Part shown: positions 1 to 11,545 of the stretch, in pieces
Layout: each line of letters starts with the position of its first letter
How positions within the stretch are numbered: position 1 is the first letter of the stretch
Source: an uncultured Gammaproteobacteria bacterium
Lineage (GTDB): Bacteria; Patescibacteriota; Microgenomatia; Levybacterales; GWA1-39-11
DNA: 64,000 nt
Direction of reading: 5' to 3'
Assembly (NCBI GenBank): GCA_964537315.1
Contig: CAZIAP010000001.1
Coordinates: 23,975 to 87,974, forward strand
Translations under genes and position numbers: made by a program
Notes under the pieces: generated by a model
What the model was told of the DNA's origin: nothing
What the model saw: only the letters and a program-made list of their open reading frames with translations
Database searches by the model: none

Positions 1-148
1 AGTAGGGTGCAAAAATAATTACTATTTTTAAGATGCTTCACTACTTTTTAAACTAACTGAGATATGTTTAAATTATATGTCGCACATTCTTGCATACTCT
101 ACTCGTTTCTGCTTTACTATAGTTAGGAATTAGTAACTACTCTGCTCT

Positions 149-1084
149 ATGGAGAAGAAGCTTGATAAATTAATTGATCAATACTTGGAATATCTTGAGA
201 TTGAGCGTAATTGCTCAAAGCTAACTGTCCGCAATTACCGCTTTTACCTTTTTCGCTTTAAAGAATGGTTCTCCAGAACTCACCCTGATGCGGTAATTGA
301 GGATGTTACAAGCGATGTAATAAGAAAATTCAGAGTATTTTTATCTAACTACGAAGATGATAAAGGTATCACTCTCAAGCGTGTAACTCAGTCATATCAC
401 ATTATCGCGTTGCGGTCCTTCCTTCGTTACTTAGTGCGTAATGATTATGATACACTTGCGCCTGAAAAAATAGATTTACCAAAAGGTGAGTCACAATCAC
501 TTAAGTTTTTAGAAAAAGATCATCTTGATGAGTTGTTTGCTGCAGTCGACACTGATGATGAGCGTGGTTTGCGTGATCGGGCTATGCTGGAATTGCTCTT
601 TTCTACAGGACTCCGTGTCTCAGAGTTGGTAAAACTAAATCGGGATCAGCTAAACTTTGAGACCAGAGAATTTGGGGTAGTTGGTAAAGGAAGTAAGCTT
701 AGAATTGTATTTATGTCTGACTCAGCAGTATTCTGGGTTCAAAAATATCTTGAGTCTCGTACTGATAAGTTTAAGCCATTATTTATAAGGTACGCACGTG
801 AAATTGATTACGAAAATGAAGGAGAAAAGATGAGGCTGACAACCCGCAGTGTTGAGAGAACGGTAAAAAAATATGTCAAAAAATCCCGCATCCCGGTAGA
901 CGCAACTCCTCATACAATGAGGCATAGTTTTGCGACAGATCTACTCTCAAATGGAGCTGATCTTCGTAGTGTTCAAGAAATGCTTGGTCATAAAAATATA
1001 TCTACAACCCAGATTTATACACACGTTACAAATCCTAAACTAAAAGAAGTACACAAGAAATTTCACCAGGGAAATAAAAGGTAA
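149..1084 (+). CDS. xerC: Tyrosine recombinase XerC/XerD family
   Basis: 311 aa; N-terminal SAM-like domain, RDRAMLELLFSTGLRVSEL, HTMRHSFAT, LGH...TTQIYTH catalytic R-H-R-H-Y set; XerC vs XerD not separable. Confidence 0.9.
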   Translation: MEKKLDKLIDQYLEYLEIERNCSKLTVRNYRFYLFRFKEWFSRTHPDAVIEDVTSDVIRKFRVFLSNYEDDKGITLKRVTQSYHIIALRSFLRYLVRNDYDTLAPEKIDLPKGESQSLKFLEKDHLDELFAAVDTDDERGLRDRAMLELLFSTGLRVSELVKLNRDQLNFETREFGVVGKGSKLRIVFMSDSAVFWVQKYLESRTDKFKPLFIRYAREIDYENEGEKMRLTTRSVERTVKKYVKKSRIPVDATPHTMRHSFATDLLSNGADLRSVQEMLGHKNISTTQIYTHVTNPKLKEVHKKFHQGNKR

Positions 1085-1099
1085 GCTCATGTCAAGACC

Positions 1100-1128
1100 T
1101 TGAATTATATTCTTTAACCTTCTACGAT
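1100..1128 (+). promoter_or_regulatory. Putative sigma70 promoter of trehalase gene
   Basis: TTGAAT-17nt-TACGAT about 60 nt upstream of ATG 1188. Confidence 0.45.
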
Positions 1129-1140
1129 ATGTATACATCC

Positions 1141-1175
1141 TAATTAGAAATTAGGTAAATTAGTAATTAGAAATT
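1141..1175. repeat. Degenerate AATTAG-type short tandem array
   Basis: taattagaaattaggtaaattagtaattagaaatt; same unit at 24277-24368 and 45545-45630. Confidence 0.6.
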
Positions 1176-1187
1176 CTCTGCCTGCCT

Positions 1188-2498
1188 ATGCTAGCTGTTG
1201 AGTATAAAGATTGCCTTGACTATATAGAAAATTACTGGTCCCGTATCGTAAAGGATCCCAAAGAGGTTCCTGCTGGAAACGGATTTATAAAATTGCCTCG
1301 AAGGTATATAACCCCCAATGATAAGAAGTTCTCATATTTGTTCTATTGGGATTCTTATTTTATGTTTCGTGGTCTTATAGGCAATGAAAAAACTGACATC
1401 ATGAAGGATGTCGTTGATAACTATGTGTATATGCTTAAGAGGTACGGTATTATTCCTAACTTTAATTCTCATGCCTCTACGAACCGATCTCAACCTCCGT
1501 TTTTTACCTCTATGATCTTTGACGTTTTTAACGAGACACGTGGTAAAAAGACACTTGCTTCGCGAATGGAATGGGCAAAGTGGGAGTATGAACATGTGTG
1601 GATTGATAAAGGAAATCACTATAACCATAGTGTTGATGGATTTGGCCTAAGTAAATATGGAGATCGAGATGTGGGTTATGCTCATAGCTCAGAGCTGGAA
1701 TCGGGATGGGATTTTACTTCACGTTTTTATAATAGGTGTAATGAATTCTTGCCAATTGATCTTAACTGTTATCTTTACAAGTATGAGTTAGACTTTGCTC
1801 GAACTGCTGAAATTATAGGTAAAAAGTCAGAACAAAAGCTGTGGTTAACCAGAGCACAAAAGCGCAGGAAAGATATCTCAAAATACATGTGGAACGAAGA
1901 AAAAGGCTTTTTCTTTGATTATGATTTCGTGCGCGGAAAGCAAAGCAGATTTTACTCTCTGGCAAGCTATTCCGTCTTATGGGCGGGTTTAGCTACAGCA
2001 AAACAGGCACTAAGGATGATGATGAATCTAGAAAAATTTGAAACCGATTTTGGATTGTTGATTACTGACAAGGAGTCTCTCTCTCCTGAGTTACTTGCAG
2101 GTATTGAGAACGAGGATTATAATCACGCGCTGGTTGAATCAATAAAACCAAAACAATGGGATTACCCCAATATTTGGCCTCCAGTTGAATACCTTGCCGT
2201 GATTGGAATGCTGAGATATGGATACTTAGATGAAGCCAAAAGAATAATGCGTAAATATCTTAAAAGCGAAGCAAGCATCTTCAGAAAACATGGTAACTTC
2301 TTTGAAAAAAGAAATGGAGTTAATGGTGATATATCAGAAAGTTATCATTATGCAAATCAGGGAGGCTTTGGATGGACAAATGCGATATTTTATAGATATG
2401 TACAGATACTGGATGAGATGGAAAAAAACGGAGACGACTCGATTTATACTTTTCCCATGTCAGATATTCCACCTTTTCAGCTTTCTGTGCTGTATTAA
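1188..2498 (+). CDS. Alpha,alpha-trehalase (GH37)
   Basis: Motifs FYWDSYF, RSQPP, ESGWDFTSR, QWDYPNIWPP, GFGWTNA; no signal peptide. Confidence 0.9.
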   Translation: MLAVEYKDCLDYIENYWSRIVKDPKEVPAGNGFIKLPRRYITPNDKKFSYLFYWDSYFMFRGLIGNEKTDIMKDVVDNYVYMLKRYGIIPNFNSHASTNRSQPPFFTSMIFDVFNETRGKKTLASRMEWAKWEYEHVWIDKGNHYNHSVDGFGLSKYGDRDVGYAHSSELESGWDFTSRFYNRCNEFLPIDLNCYLYKYELDFARTAEIIGKKSEQKLWLTRAQKRRKDISKYMWNEEKGFFFDYDFVRGKQSRFYSLASYSVLWAGLATAKQALRMMMNLEKFETDFGLLITDKESLSPELLAGIENEDYNHALVESIKPKQWDYPNIWPPVEYLAVIGMLRYGYLDEAKRIMRKYLKSEASIFRKHGNFFEKRNGVNGDISESYHYANQGGFGWTNAIFYRYVQILDEMEKNGDDSIYTFPMSDIPPFQLSVLY

Positions 2499-2504
2499 AT
2501 TTTT

Positions 2505-3128
2505 TCAGCTTTGAGGATTTTTAAATAGTTTTGGTTTGATTATAAAGTACGGCAGAATTCCAAGCGCATTTACTCCTGCCGCAAGAAAGAATACGACTGA
2601 GAATCCATAGTTATCAGCTATTAGTCCTCCTATTGCAGCTGAAAATGCCATTCCTAAAAATACCGCTGCATCGTGTATTCCCCACTCGCTTGTTTCTCTC
2701 TTTTTATCTAAATGTGTTGAGAAAAAAGCATTTTTAATAGGTGTAGAAACTCCGAGTCCAATCCCTTTAATAGCATAGAAAAAGTATATTGGAAAAACAG
2801 TTGTAGTGAATGCAAAGCCTATATACGAGATTGTGATAAGCGAAGTCCCCAGTACGATTAGCTTAATTTTTTTCTTGTCTGAATATTTTACCGCAAGCTC
2901 GCCAATTATTAGTTCAAATATGACTCTAGCTACCAAGTACACACTAAAACCGGTTGCTGCAACACTGACGCTTCCCCCCACTACTCTAGTAGCTGCGAAA
3001 ACAGCAAAAATAGGCATTATAAAGTTCATTGCAGACCAGACAAATGTTTCTGAAAGAATAAAGTATTTAATTATTGGATTAATAGCAAAGTGGGTAGGTC
3101 TATGTCCGAGGAAAGATTCTTTTAGCAT
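2505..3128 (-). CDS. Half-size (about 6 TM) MFS-like transporter
   Basis: 207 aa hydrophobic, MFS-like GGLIADNYGF motif. Confidence 0.7.
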   Translation of the reverse strand: MLKESFLGHRPTHFAINPIIKYFILSETFVWSAMNFIMPIFAVFAATRVVGGSVSVAATGFSVYLVARVIFELIIGELAVKYSDKKKIKLIVLGTSLITISYIGFAFTTTVFPIYFFYAIKGIGLGVSTPIKNAFFSTHLDKKRETSEWGIHDAAVFLGMAFSAAIGGLIADNYGFSVVFFLAAGVNALGILPYFIIKPKLFKNPQS

Positions 3129-3176
3129 ATTTACATTGTAATATAAATTAGTTATTAGTTGTTAAAATTTATTTCT

Positions 3177-3857
3177 TTATCTTTTTCTACCTCCAAAAAC
3201 TAAGTTAGTTGCGTCTCCTTTTACTCCAATTCCTACATGAGTCCATTCAGATTTCAACTGACTTTCGTTATGCGATGAGGAGCTCCCATAAATATTTTCT
3301 ATGAGGTTTTTCGCGTCTTCCCAGTTTCCGTAACTTGAGTTCTCGCCAAGTGCATTAAAGCCCATCTGTTCAAAGCCATTATCATCTAATAGTGTCTGAA
3401 ATCCTGCATGATTATCCATACTTCCGGCTGAGGCAAAACTATCTGCTCTACTCTGAGAGAATGTCTGCAACTTTGGGTCAGTTTGCAATGGACCAATCCC
3501 GTTTTTTTGTCTATAGTTGTTTAACGCTTTCAGTATCTCTTCTTGTATAGAGGGAGGTTGTATATCAGTGGTAGGTGCTTGTGTTGGTGTTAAATGTAGA
3601 CTATTCGTAGAGGTTGGAGTTATAGTCGGTGAAATAGAAATTTTTACTGAGGTAGGCGTAGCAGTTGCTGAAGCGGTAGGTGATAGTTTCGTTTCAATTC
3701 CCTGAACTTGCTGTAGTGCGTATGCTTTGGGTGCTGCAGTTTCTTCGTTTAAAAAATTAACGTACTTTACTATGATTACTCCGAAAACAATATAAAAAGT
3801 GACACAAAGAATACCAGATATAATCAGTTCTTTTTTCCCTCGGGCAGAAACTCTCAC
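3177..3857 (-). CDS. Membrane-anchored CAP/SCP domain protein
   Basis: N-terminal TM, Thr/Pro linker, LNNYRQKNG...H...GEN...SSSHN...HVGIG; likely GTG start 3857. Confidence 0.85.
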   Translation of the reverse strand: MRVSARGKKELIISGILCVTFYIVFGVIIVKYVNFLNEETAAPKAYALQQVQGIETKLSPTASATATPTSVKISISPTITPTSTNSLHLTPTQAPTTDIQPPSIQEEILKALNNYRQKNGIGPLQTDPKLQTFSQSRADSFASAGSMDNHAGFQTLLDDNGFEQMGFNALGENSSYGNWEDAKNLIENIYGSSSSHNESQLKSEWTHVGIGVKGDATNLVFGGRKR

Positions 3858-4045
3858 AAACTCAGTGTAGCACAAAACGCATCAAACAACTACTTAAGTG
3901 TATTGATATTTTGGTGTCGTTTTCCAGATATGTAAAGGATTTATTGTAAAAATCTATATCTGATGGAGAGGGTTATAGCCTGCTTGACTCAAAAAATACT
4001 GTTAGTGTATAGTCATAATAGTGTAAGAGAATTGTAAATCCCTCT

Positions 4046-4576
4046 ATGAGTATTACGTATGTTCCCTACCCTAAATATTATTCTGACCGATGGAATTATT
4101 CGATAAATGCGGAAACTGTATTGTCAAAATACATTCTCCAAATGCAGGTTCCAGAATCTATTCTAACAACTGCTTCACTCCCGGCAACTCATATGATTAT
4201 TTCGAAACTTGAGCCTCGAATTCTTAAGTCTAAATGTTTTAATAATAAACATTTACCGTTTAATCAAGAAGTAAAAAAAACAGAAACAGCTCATTTATTC
4301 GAGCATATTTTGCTTGAGTATCTCTGTCAGGAGCATATTAAGTCAGGTGTTAAATCTGCAAAATTTTCTGGCTGGACAAGCTGGAACTGGAAGAAAGATG
4401 AAAGAGGAGTGTTCCACATAAAGATATCAGGAAACAAAACTGACGATACTCAGTTCGCCCGAGCTGTTTCCCGCTCTGTGATGTTATTTGAAACAATTTT
4501 ATCGATGAACCTGAATCTAATAAATTCCAAACAGATAGGTTTAGACTATCTGTTTGTAAAACGAATGCATGAATAA
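4046..4576 (+). CDS. Stand-alone cyanophycin synthetase N-terminal-like domain protein
   Basis: C-x18-HLFEHILLE motif resembling the CphA1 N-domain C...HxxEH site; no ATP-grasp or Mur ligase domain. Confidence 0.6.
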   Translation: MSITYVPYPKYYSDRWNYSINAETVLSKYILQMQVPESILTTASLPATHMIISKLEPRILKSKCFNNKHLPFNQEVKKTETAHLFEHILLEYLCQEHIKSGVKSAKFSGWTSWNWKKDERGVFHIKISGNKTDDTQFARAVSRSVMLFETILSMNLNLINSKQIGLDYLFVKRMHE

Positions 4577-4592
4577 TATGCTAGGCTACGTG

Positions 4593-4799
4593 TTATGCAC
4601 GTCCGCCTTTCCTACCTGCAATCCTAGCCCTTTCAGGATCGTTCTTGAAGTTACCAGTGCTCGCACGTCCACCTTTGCTTCCGATCTCAGAGTAAAATTT
4701 TGAATCGTGAGACCGTGCAGTAGCCATACCGCCTTTTTGCCCTGCCTTTTTGTGACCTTCTGGATCACCGTGCCATCCTCGACCTTTTGATGCTGCCAT
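4593..4799 (-). CDS. KGG-repeat general stress protein (GsiB/YciG-like)
   Basis: Three GxKGG repeats; strong SD AAGGAGGTG at 4806-4814 supports ATG 4799. Confidence 0.85.
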   Translation of the reverse strand: MAASKGRGWHGDPEGHKKAGQKGGMATARSHDSKFYSEIGSKGGRASTGNFKNDPERARIAGRKGGRA

Positions 4800-5038
4800 A
4801 CAATACACCTCCTTCTTTTAGTTTGTAGATTATCGTCTACAACTAAAACTTATTAATTAACATTACCAACCATGCTTTATAAAAGCATATGGTGCAAGTA
4901 AGAAATTGGAAAGACCATAAAGTAGCGTATAGAGGGTTTATGGGTTTAGGGTACAGCGGTTAGTTAATATAAATTAATTGAGAGACAATATGCATTAGAA
5001 TCTGAGCGCTAGAAGTTTTTTTACAAGGGGTTTTTTAC

Positions 5039-5150
5039 AAGGTTGAACCTTTACTAGGCATGAGATAAAACGATTCAAGGATCAACCTTTACAATTGACA
5101 ACCTTTACAATTGAATAGAAACAATTAACCTTTAACCCCGTTTGGCGGGG
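5039..5150. repeat. Cluster of REP-like palindromes and a 16-bp tandem duplication
   Basis: AAGGTTgAACCTT 5039-5051, AAGGATcAACCTT 5077-5089, (CAACCTTTACAATTGA)x2 5083-5114, CCCCG-tttgg-CGGGG 5136-5150. Confidence 0.6.
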
Positions 5151-5156
5151 CAAGCT

Positions 5157-5220
5157 ATAAACCATGAGCTATGAACCATGAACAATGAACCATGAACAAT
5201 GAACCATGAACAATGAACCA
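5157..5220. repeat. Heptamer tandem repeat (ATGAACC/ATGAACA alternating)
   Basis: 14-bp unit ATGAACCATGAACA x3.5 preceded by a degenerate unit. Confidence 0.9.
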
Positions 5221-5227
5221 ACAGACA

Positions 5228-6067
5228 TTAACTTTGTTCTATTCTTTGTAATTGAGCTGCTTGCAGAACATTCTGCAGTAGAAACGTGAGATTTAAGGGT
5301 CCTACTCCCCCAGGAGTAGGTGTATACACTGCTCCACTCTGTTTTGCGTCTCTATTTGTGAAATCGCCGCGAATTTTGTTGCCTTCTTTTCTAATACCAA
5401 CCCCAATCAGTACCTGATCTTTGTGCATTTGATCTTCTGATACTACTTGTTTGCCTGCACAGCTAATTACTATGTCAGATTCCTTGATAATTTTTTCAGG
5501 CTGTTTTGTTTTACTATCTATCACGTTTACATCTCCTCCTACAGTCTGCAACCCTTTTATAGTTGGCGCACCAGCTGTCTCACCTTTACCTATCACAGTG
5601 ATCTTTTTGCCTTTGAGGTACGACTGTAAGGAGTCTTCATAATTGGTTGATATATACTCTAGGATATATTTTACTGCGAGCCAGACTGGGACTTCGTAGG
5701 GTGAATCGGGTCTAAAACCATCTACATCTTTTTGAGGTTGAATGGCCTCGATTACTTGCTTTTTGTCAATATTTTCAGGCAGAGGTCGTTGTACTATGAT
5801 TCCGTGAGTATGCTTGTCAGCGTTTAATAAATCTATAGCATTGACTACCCCTTGTGTAGTTGAGTCTTTAAGATTATATACGCTTGCTTTAATTGAGAGT
5901 TTTTCTGCCCATTTCAGTTTTTGGTTAACGTAAGTTTGCCAACTCTCTTCTGTGCCGAGTGTAATAATCGCCAGATGAGGAGCTATGCCATTTGAAGTAA
6001 GTTTTTGAGCCTCGGCTTTTATAAGAGGGCGGATTTGGTCTGCAAGTTGGTTTCCTGATATTTCCAT
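5228..6067 (-). CDS. folD: Methylenetetrahydrofolate dehydrogenase/cyclohydrolase
   Basis: YVNQK, HGIIVQRPLP, KDVDG, TPTPGGVGP motifs. Confidence 0.9.
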   Translation of the reverse strand: MEISGNQLADQIRPLIKAEAQKLTSNGIAPHLAIITLGTEESWQTYVNQKLKWAEKLSIKASVYNLKDSTTQGVVNAIDLLNADKHTHGIIVQRPLPENIDKKQVIEAIQPQKDVDGFRPDSPYEVPVWLAVKYILEYISTNYEDSLQSYLKGKKITVIGKGETAGAPTIKGLQTVGGDVNVIDSKTKQPEKIIKESDIVISCAGKQVVSEDQMHKDQVLIGVGIRKEGNKIRGDFTNRDAKQSGAVYTPTPGGVGPLNLTFLLQNVLQAAQLQRIEQS

Positions 6068-6110
6068 CAGGATATTATACCATTAAAAGAAATTAGAAAT
6101 TAAGAAAGGT

Positions 6111-8690
6111 CTACTCTTCTTCTTGCTCAGTAACGCAGGTTGCGGCGGCTACTTTATCGTCTTTTTTAGAAAATCTCATGAGTATTACTCCCTGAGCGTT
6201 ACGTGAAAGAAGCGGTATGGAGTCAATCGCAATTTTGACAACCTGACCTTTTTGAGAAGTCATTATGATCTCTTTTCCATCTGCAGGTAGAACTGCTGAG
6301 TATACAATTTTTCCTGTTTTATCATTGATATTTGCAACTCTTACACCCTGTCCTCCTCTGTTCTGGTTTTTAAATGCATCAACGCGTGTTTTCTTGCCGA
6401 GTCCATTTTCGGCAATGACTAGTAGGCTGGCTGCCTTGTCAGCGCTAGATATAACATCTACTCCTACAACCATGTCATCGCCTATTAGTTTTATACCTCG
6501 TACACCCATGCTTGACCTGCCGGTCGCACGAATTTGAGTTTCATTGAAACAAATAATCTTACCGTTGGCGGTTACTAACAGTACTTCATCATTTCCGCTG
6601 GTGAACCTTGCCCAAGTGAGGCTGTCAGTGTCAGCAATTTTAATGGCTATAATTCCATTTTTGCGTATATTCGCAAACTCTGTCAGTTTAGTTTTTTTGA
6701 CTTCACCCTTCCGTGTAGCAAGCATTACGTATTCTTTTTCTTCTTTTTGCTGCGGATTATATGTAAGTATTGAGCTGATTGTCTCACCCGACTCTGTATT
6801 TAAAAGATTGGCAATTGCCTGACCTTTGGCAATACGTGAGCTTTCAGGAATCTCAAACACTCTTGTCTGATAAACTTTCCCTTTGTTAGTGAAAAAGAGG
6901 ATGTACTCATGAGTCTGAGAGAAAAGGATGTGATCTATTATGTCATCTTCTTTTGTAGTCATGCCCATAACGCCTTTTCCTCCTCGTTTTTGGGTTTTAA
7001 ATGATGCCATACTCTGTCGTTTGACGTACCCTGTTTTAGTGACGGTGATCACTGTAGGTTCATTCTGTATTAAGTCTTCATCAGAAAATTCATCTGCTTT
7101 AGAGCTAAATACGCGAGTTCTTCTTTCATCTCCGTATTCTTTCTTGATTTCTTTTATCTCATCTTTAATTACAGCAAGCATCTTTAATGGATCGCCAAGA
7201 ATTGATAAAAGATAATCAATAATTGCTTTTACACTCTTCCACTCTTCTTCAAGTTTTTGCCGTTCAAGCGCAGCTAGTCTTCGAAGTTGCATGTCTAAAA
7301 TCGCGATTGCTTGAATGTCGGTGAGTTTATATTTTTCCATCAGGTTAGTACGAGCTTCATCTGCACTTTTTGAGTTGCGGATCAGCTGGATAACTGCGTC
7401 GATATCGTTAACAGCAATAAGCAGTCCGTCCAAGATATGTAATCTGGCTTGTGCTTGACGAAGCTCAAATTGTGATCGTCGTGTTACAACATCAAATCGG
7501 TGCTTTATATACTCTTCAAGTATAAGTTTTAGATTACATGTACGAGGAATTCCATTTACAAGCGCCACCATATTGGCAGGAAAAGATGACTGCAATGCTG
7601 TTAGTTTGTATAAGTTATTAAGAATCTTCTTAGGAGCGACATCACGTTTTAGTTCTACGACAACTCTAATACCTGCACGGTCTGACTCATCTCTAAGATC
7701 AGAAATACCCTCAAGTTTTTTGTCCTTTGCAAGCTCTGCAATTCGCGAGACAAGCGAAGCTTTGTTCACCTGATACGGCAGCTCACGAATGATTATTGCG
7801 CTCTTTCCACCACTTAGCTCTTCAATCTCGGCAATCCCACGCATTAGTACTCTACCCCGTCCGGTACGATAAATATTTTTTATCTCGTTCGCGTCAAATA
7901 TTACTCCTCCTGTTGGGAAGTCAGGTCCTTTGATATGTTCTAATAGGTCATCAATTGTAGTATCAAACGTAAATGGAAAATATACTTCTTCAGTATTAAG
8001 GACGTTTGTTGTTACACCGTTTGAGCTATCAGTTTCTTCATCAGTGTTGGTTTCCCCATCTTGAGTAGATATAGTTTCAATTTTTTTAGCCTTATCTATG
8101 CTCAAAAGTACCGCATCAATTACTTCTGTAAGATTATGTGGAGGAATTTTTGTTGCCATACCCACTGCAATACCCTCACTTCCCATGAGTAATAGATTTG
8201 GTAGCAACGCGGGAAGTACTACAGGTTCCTGTTCAGAACCATCAAAGTTTGGCGTATAAGTGATTGTGTCTTTTTGATAATCACGTAGAAGCTCTTCAGC
8301 GATCTTAGTAAGTCTTGCTTCGGTATAACGGTAAGCCGCAGGACTATCACCGTCTATTGATCCGAAGTTTCCTTGACCATCAATGAGCGGATATCGTAAA
8401 CTCCACTCTTGAGCAAGGCGAACCATTGCGTCATATACGGCCATATCACCATGAGGATGGTATTTTTTTAACACTTCTCCGACCACACCCGCACATTTGG
8501 AGTATTTGTGGTCATGGGTTAACCCTAGATCTTTATACATCGCATATAGAATTCTGCGGTGTACAGGTTTAAGACCATCACGTACATCAGGCAAGGCTCG
8601 TGAAACAATTACTGACATCGCGTAGTCAAGATACGCTTTCTTAGCCTCAACTGAGATATCTATATTTTCTACTTTACCTATATCTTGCAT
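6111..8690 (-). CDS. gyrA: DNA gyrase subunit A
   Basis: [28 protein letters not shown], GyrA-box QKRGGKG, C-terminal pinwheel repeats. Confidence 0.97.
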   Translation of the reverse strand: MQDIGKVENIDISVEAKKAYLDYAMSVIVSRALPDVRDGLKPVHRRILYAMYKDLGLTHDHKYSKCAGVVGEVLKKYHPHGDMAVYDAMVRLAQEWSLRYPLIDGQGNFGSIDGDSPAAYRYTEARLTKIAEELLRDYQKDTITYTPNFDGSEQEPVVLPALLPNLLLMGSEGIAVGMATKIPPHNLTEVIDAVLLSIDKAKKIETISTQDGETNTDEETDSSNGVTTNVLNTEEVYFPFTFDTTIDDLLEHIKGPDFPTGGVIFDANEIKNIYRTGRGRVLMRGIAEIEELSGGKSAIIIRELPYQVNKASLVSRIAELAKDKKLEGISDLRDESDRAGIRVVVELKRDVAPKKILNNLYKLTALQSSFPANMVALVNGIPRTCNLKLILEEYIKHRFDVVTRRSQFELRQAQARLHILDGLLIAVNDIDAVIQLIRNSKSADEARTNLMEKYKLTDIQAIAILDMQLRRLAALERQKLEEEWKSVKAIIDYLLSILGDPLKMLAVIKDEIKEIKKEYGDERRTRVFSSKADEFSDEDLIQNEPTVITVTKTGYVKRQSMASFKTQKRGGKGVMGMTTKEDDIIDHILFSQTHEYILFFTNKGKVYQTRVFEIPESSRIAKGQAIANLLNTESGETISSILTYNPQQKEEKEYVMLATRKGEVKKTKLTEFANIRKNGIIAIKIADTDSLTWARFTSGNDEVLLVTANGKIICFNETQIRATGRSSMGVRGIKLIGDDMVVGVDVISSADKAASLLVIAENGLGKKTRVDAFKNQNRGGQGVRVANINDKTGKIVYSAVLPADGKEIIMTSQKGQVVKIAIDSIPLLSRNAQGVILMRFSKKDDKVAAATCVTEQEEE

Positions 8691-8700
8691 AATATTTATA

Positions 8701-8760
8701 ACTCTAAGAGTTATGATATAAGACTTAAGTTAAAGATACTTAAGTCTTACGTCTTAATTC
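8701..8760. repeat. Degenerate TAAGA/TCTTA heptamer inverted array
   Basis: taagacttaagt...acttaagtctta inverted repeat inside 7-nt periodic units between ppa and gyrA. Confidence 0.5.
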
Positions 8761-9276
8761 TTATTTATAGCTATTGATTGATTTTTCAATCTCTGCGATA
8801 GCTACATCTTTACCTTTCCATTCTTTAACCTTTACCCATTTTCCCGGTTCAAGCGCTTTATAGTTCTCAAAGAAGTTCTTAATCTTTGATTTGAGTGCTT
8901 CCGGTAAATCAGAAACGTCATTATATGTTCCGTATAACGGATCTATCTTTGCAGGTGGAACTGCCAAAATCTTTGCATCAATTCCAGACTCATCTTCCAT
9001 TTCAAGCATACCAATCGGTATTGCAGGAATAGCCGCTCCAGGTGCAATAGACTCATCTGAGAGCACCAACACGTCAGTCGGATCACCGTCTTCTGCGAGA
9101 GTATTTGGAACAAAGCCATAGTTAAAAGGAAAGTACATTGCAGTGTGTAAAAATCTGTCAACCATAACAACACCACTGTCTTTGTCCAGTTCATACTTAA
9201 TAGAGCTTCCTCTTGGTATTTCCACAAGCACGTTTACTTCGTGCGGCGGATTCTTTCCTGTTGATAAGTTGTTCAT
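8761..9276 (-). CDS. ppa: Inorganic pyrophosphatase family I
   Basis: [31 protein letters not shown]. Confidence 0.95.
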   Translation of the reverse strand: MNNLSTGKNPPHEVNVLVEIPRGSSIKYELDKDSGVVMVDRFLHTAMYFPFNYGFVPNTLAEDGDPTDVLVLSDESIAPGAAIPAIPIGMLEMEDESGIDAKILAVPPAKIDPLYGTYNDVSDLPEALKSKIKNFFENYKALEPGKWVKVKEWKGKDVAIAEIEKSINSYK

Positions 9277-9317
9277 AATTTTATCACCACCCTCTTCATA
9301 ACTAAATATCTAATGTT

Positions 9318-9406
9318 GCAGTAGTCGCCCTCCGATTCTTACTTTTTGCTTTTACCTATTATTCATAGCACGGCTCAAAGAGCGAATCTAGGCGGACTCC
9401 CACTGC
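9318..9406 (-). other. Structured intergenic RNA element upstream of ppa
   Basis: Long-range complementarity GCAGTG..AGTC.GCCT.GATTC / GAATC..GGGCGACTACTGC enclosing GCTC-TTT-GAGC and CTAT/ATAG hairpins. Confidence 0.45.
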
Positions 9407-9413
9407 TATTCTA

Positions 9414-11378
<1,965 letters not shown>

Positions 11379-11545
11379 TTATTATACCAAATTTGTGCGT
11401 ATATTGCTAGGATTTTGCGATGAAATCAAGCAAAACGGTCAACAAGTAATAGTTATACTATGTTTCTTGTATAAAAATCAAGCACATGAAATAAATTACA
11501 CTTTTAGGTCTCGACTTTCAATACATTACTGTTACAAATCTGTAG

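Noticed and set aside
149-1084. Prophage/island integrase
   Set aside because: Looks like chromosomal XerC/D; no att repeats or phage genes nearby
5157-5220. Possible CRISPR array
   Set aside because: Pure 7/14-nt tandem repeat without unique spacers; no cas genes in the window
7960-8090. Intein in GyrA
   Set aside because: Too short, no Cys/Ser start, His-Asn end or LAGLIDADG motifs
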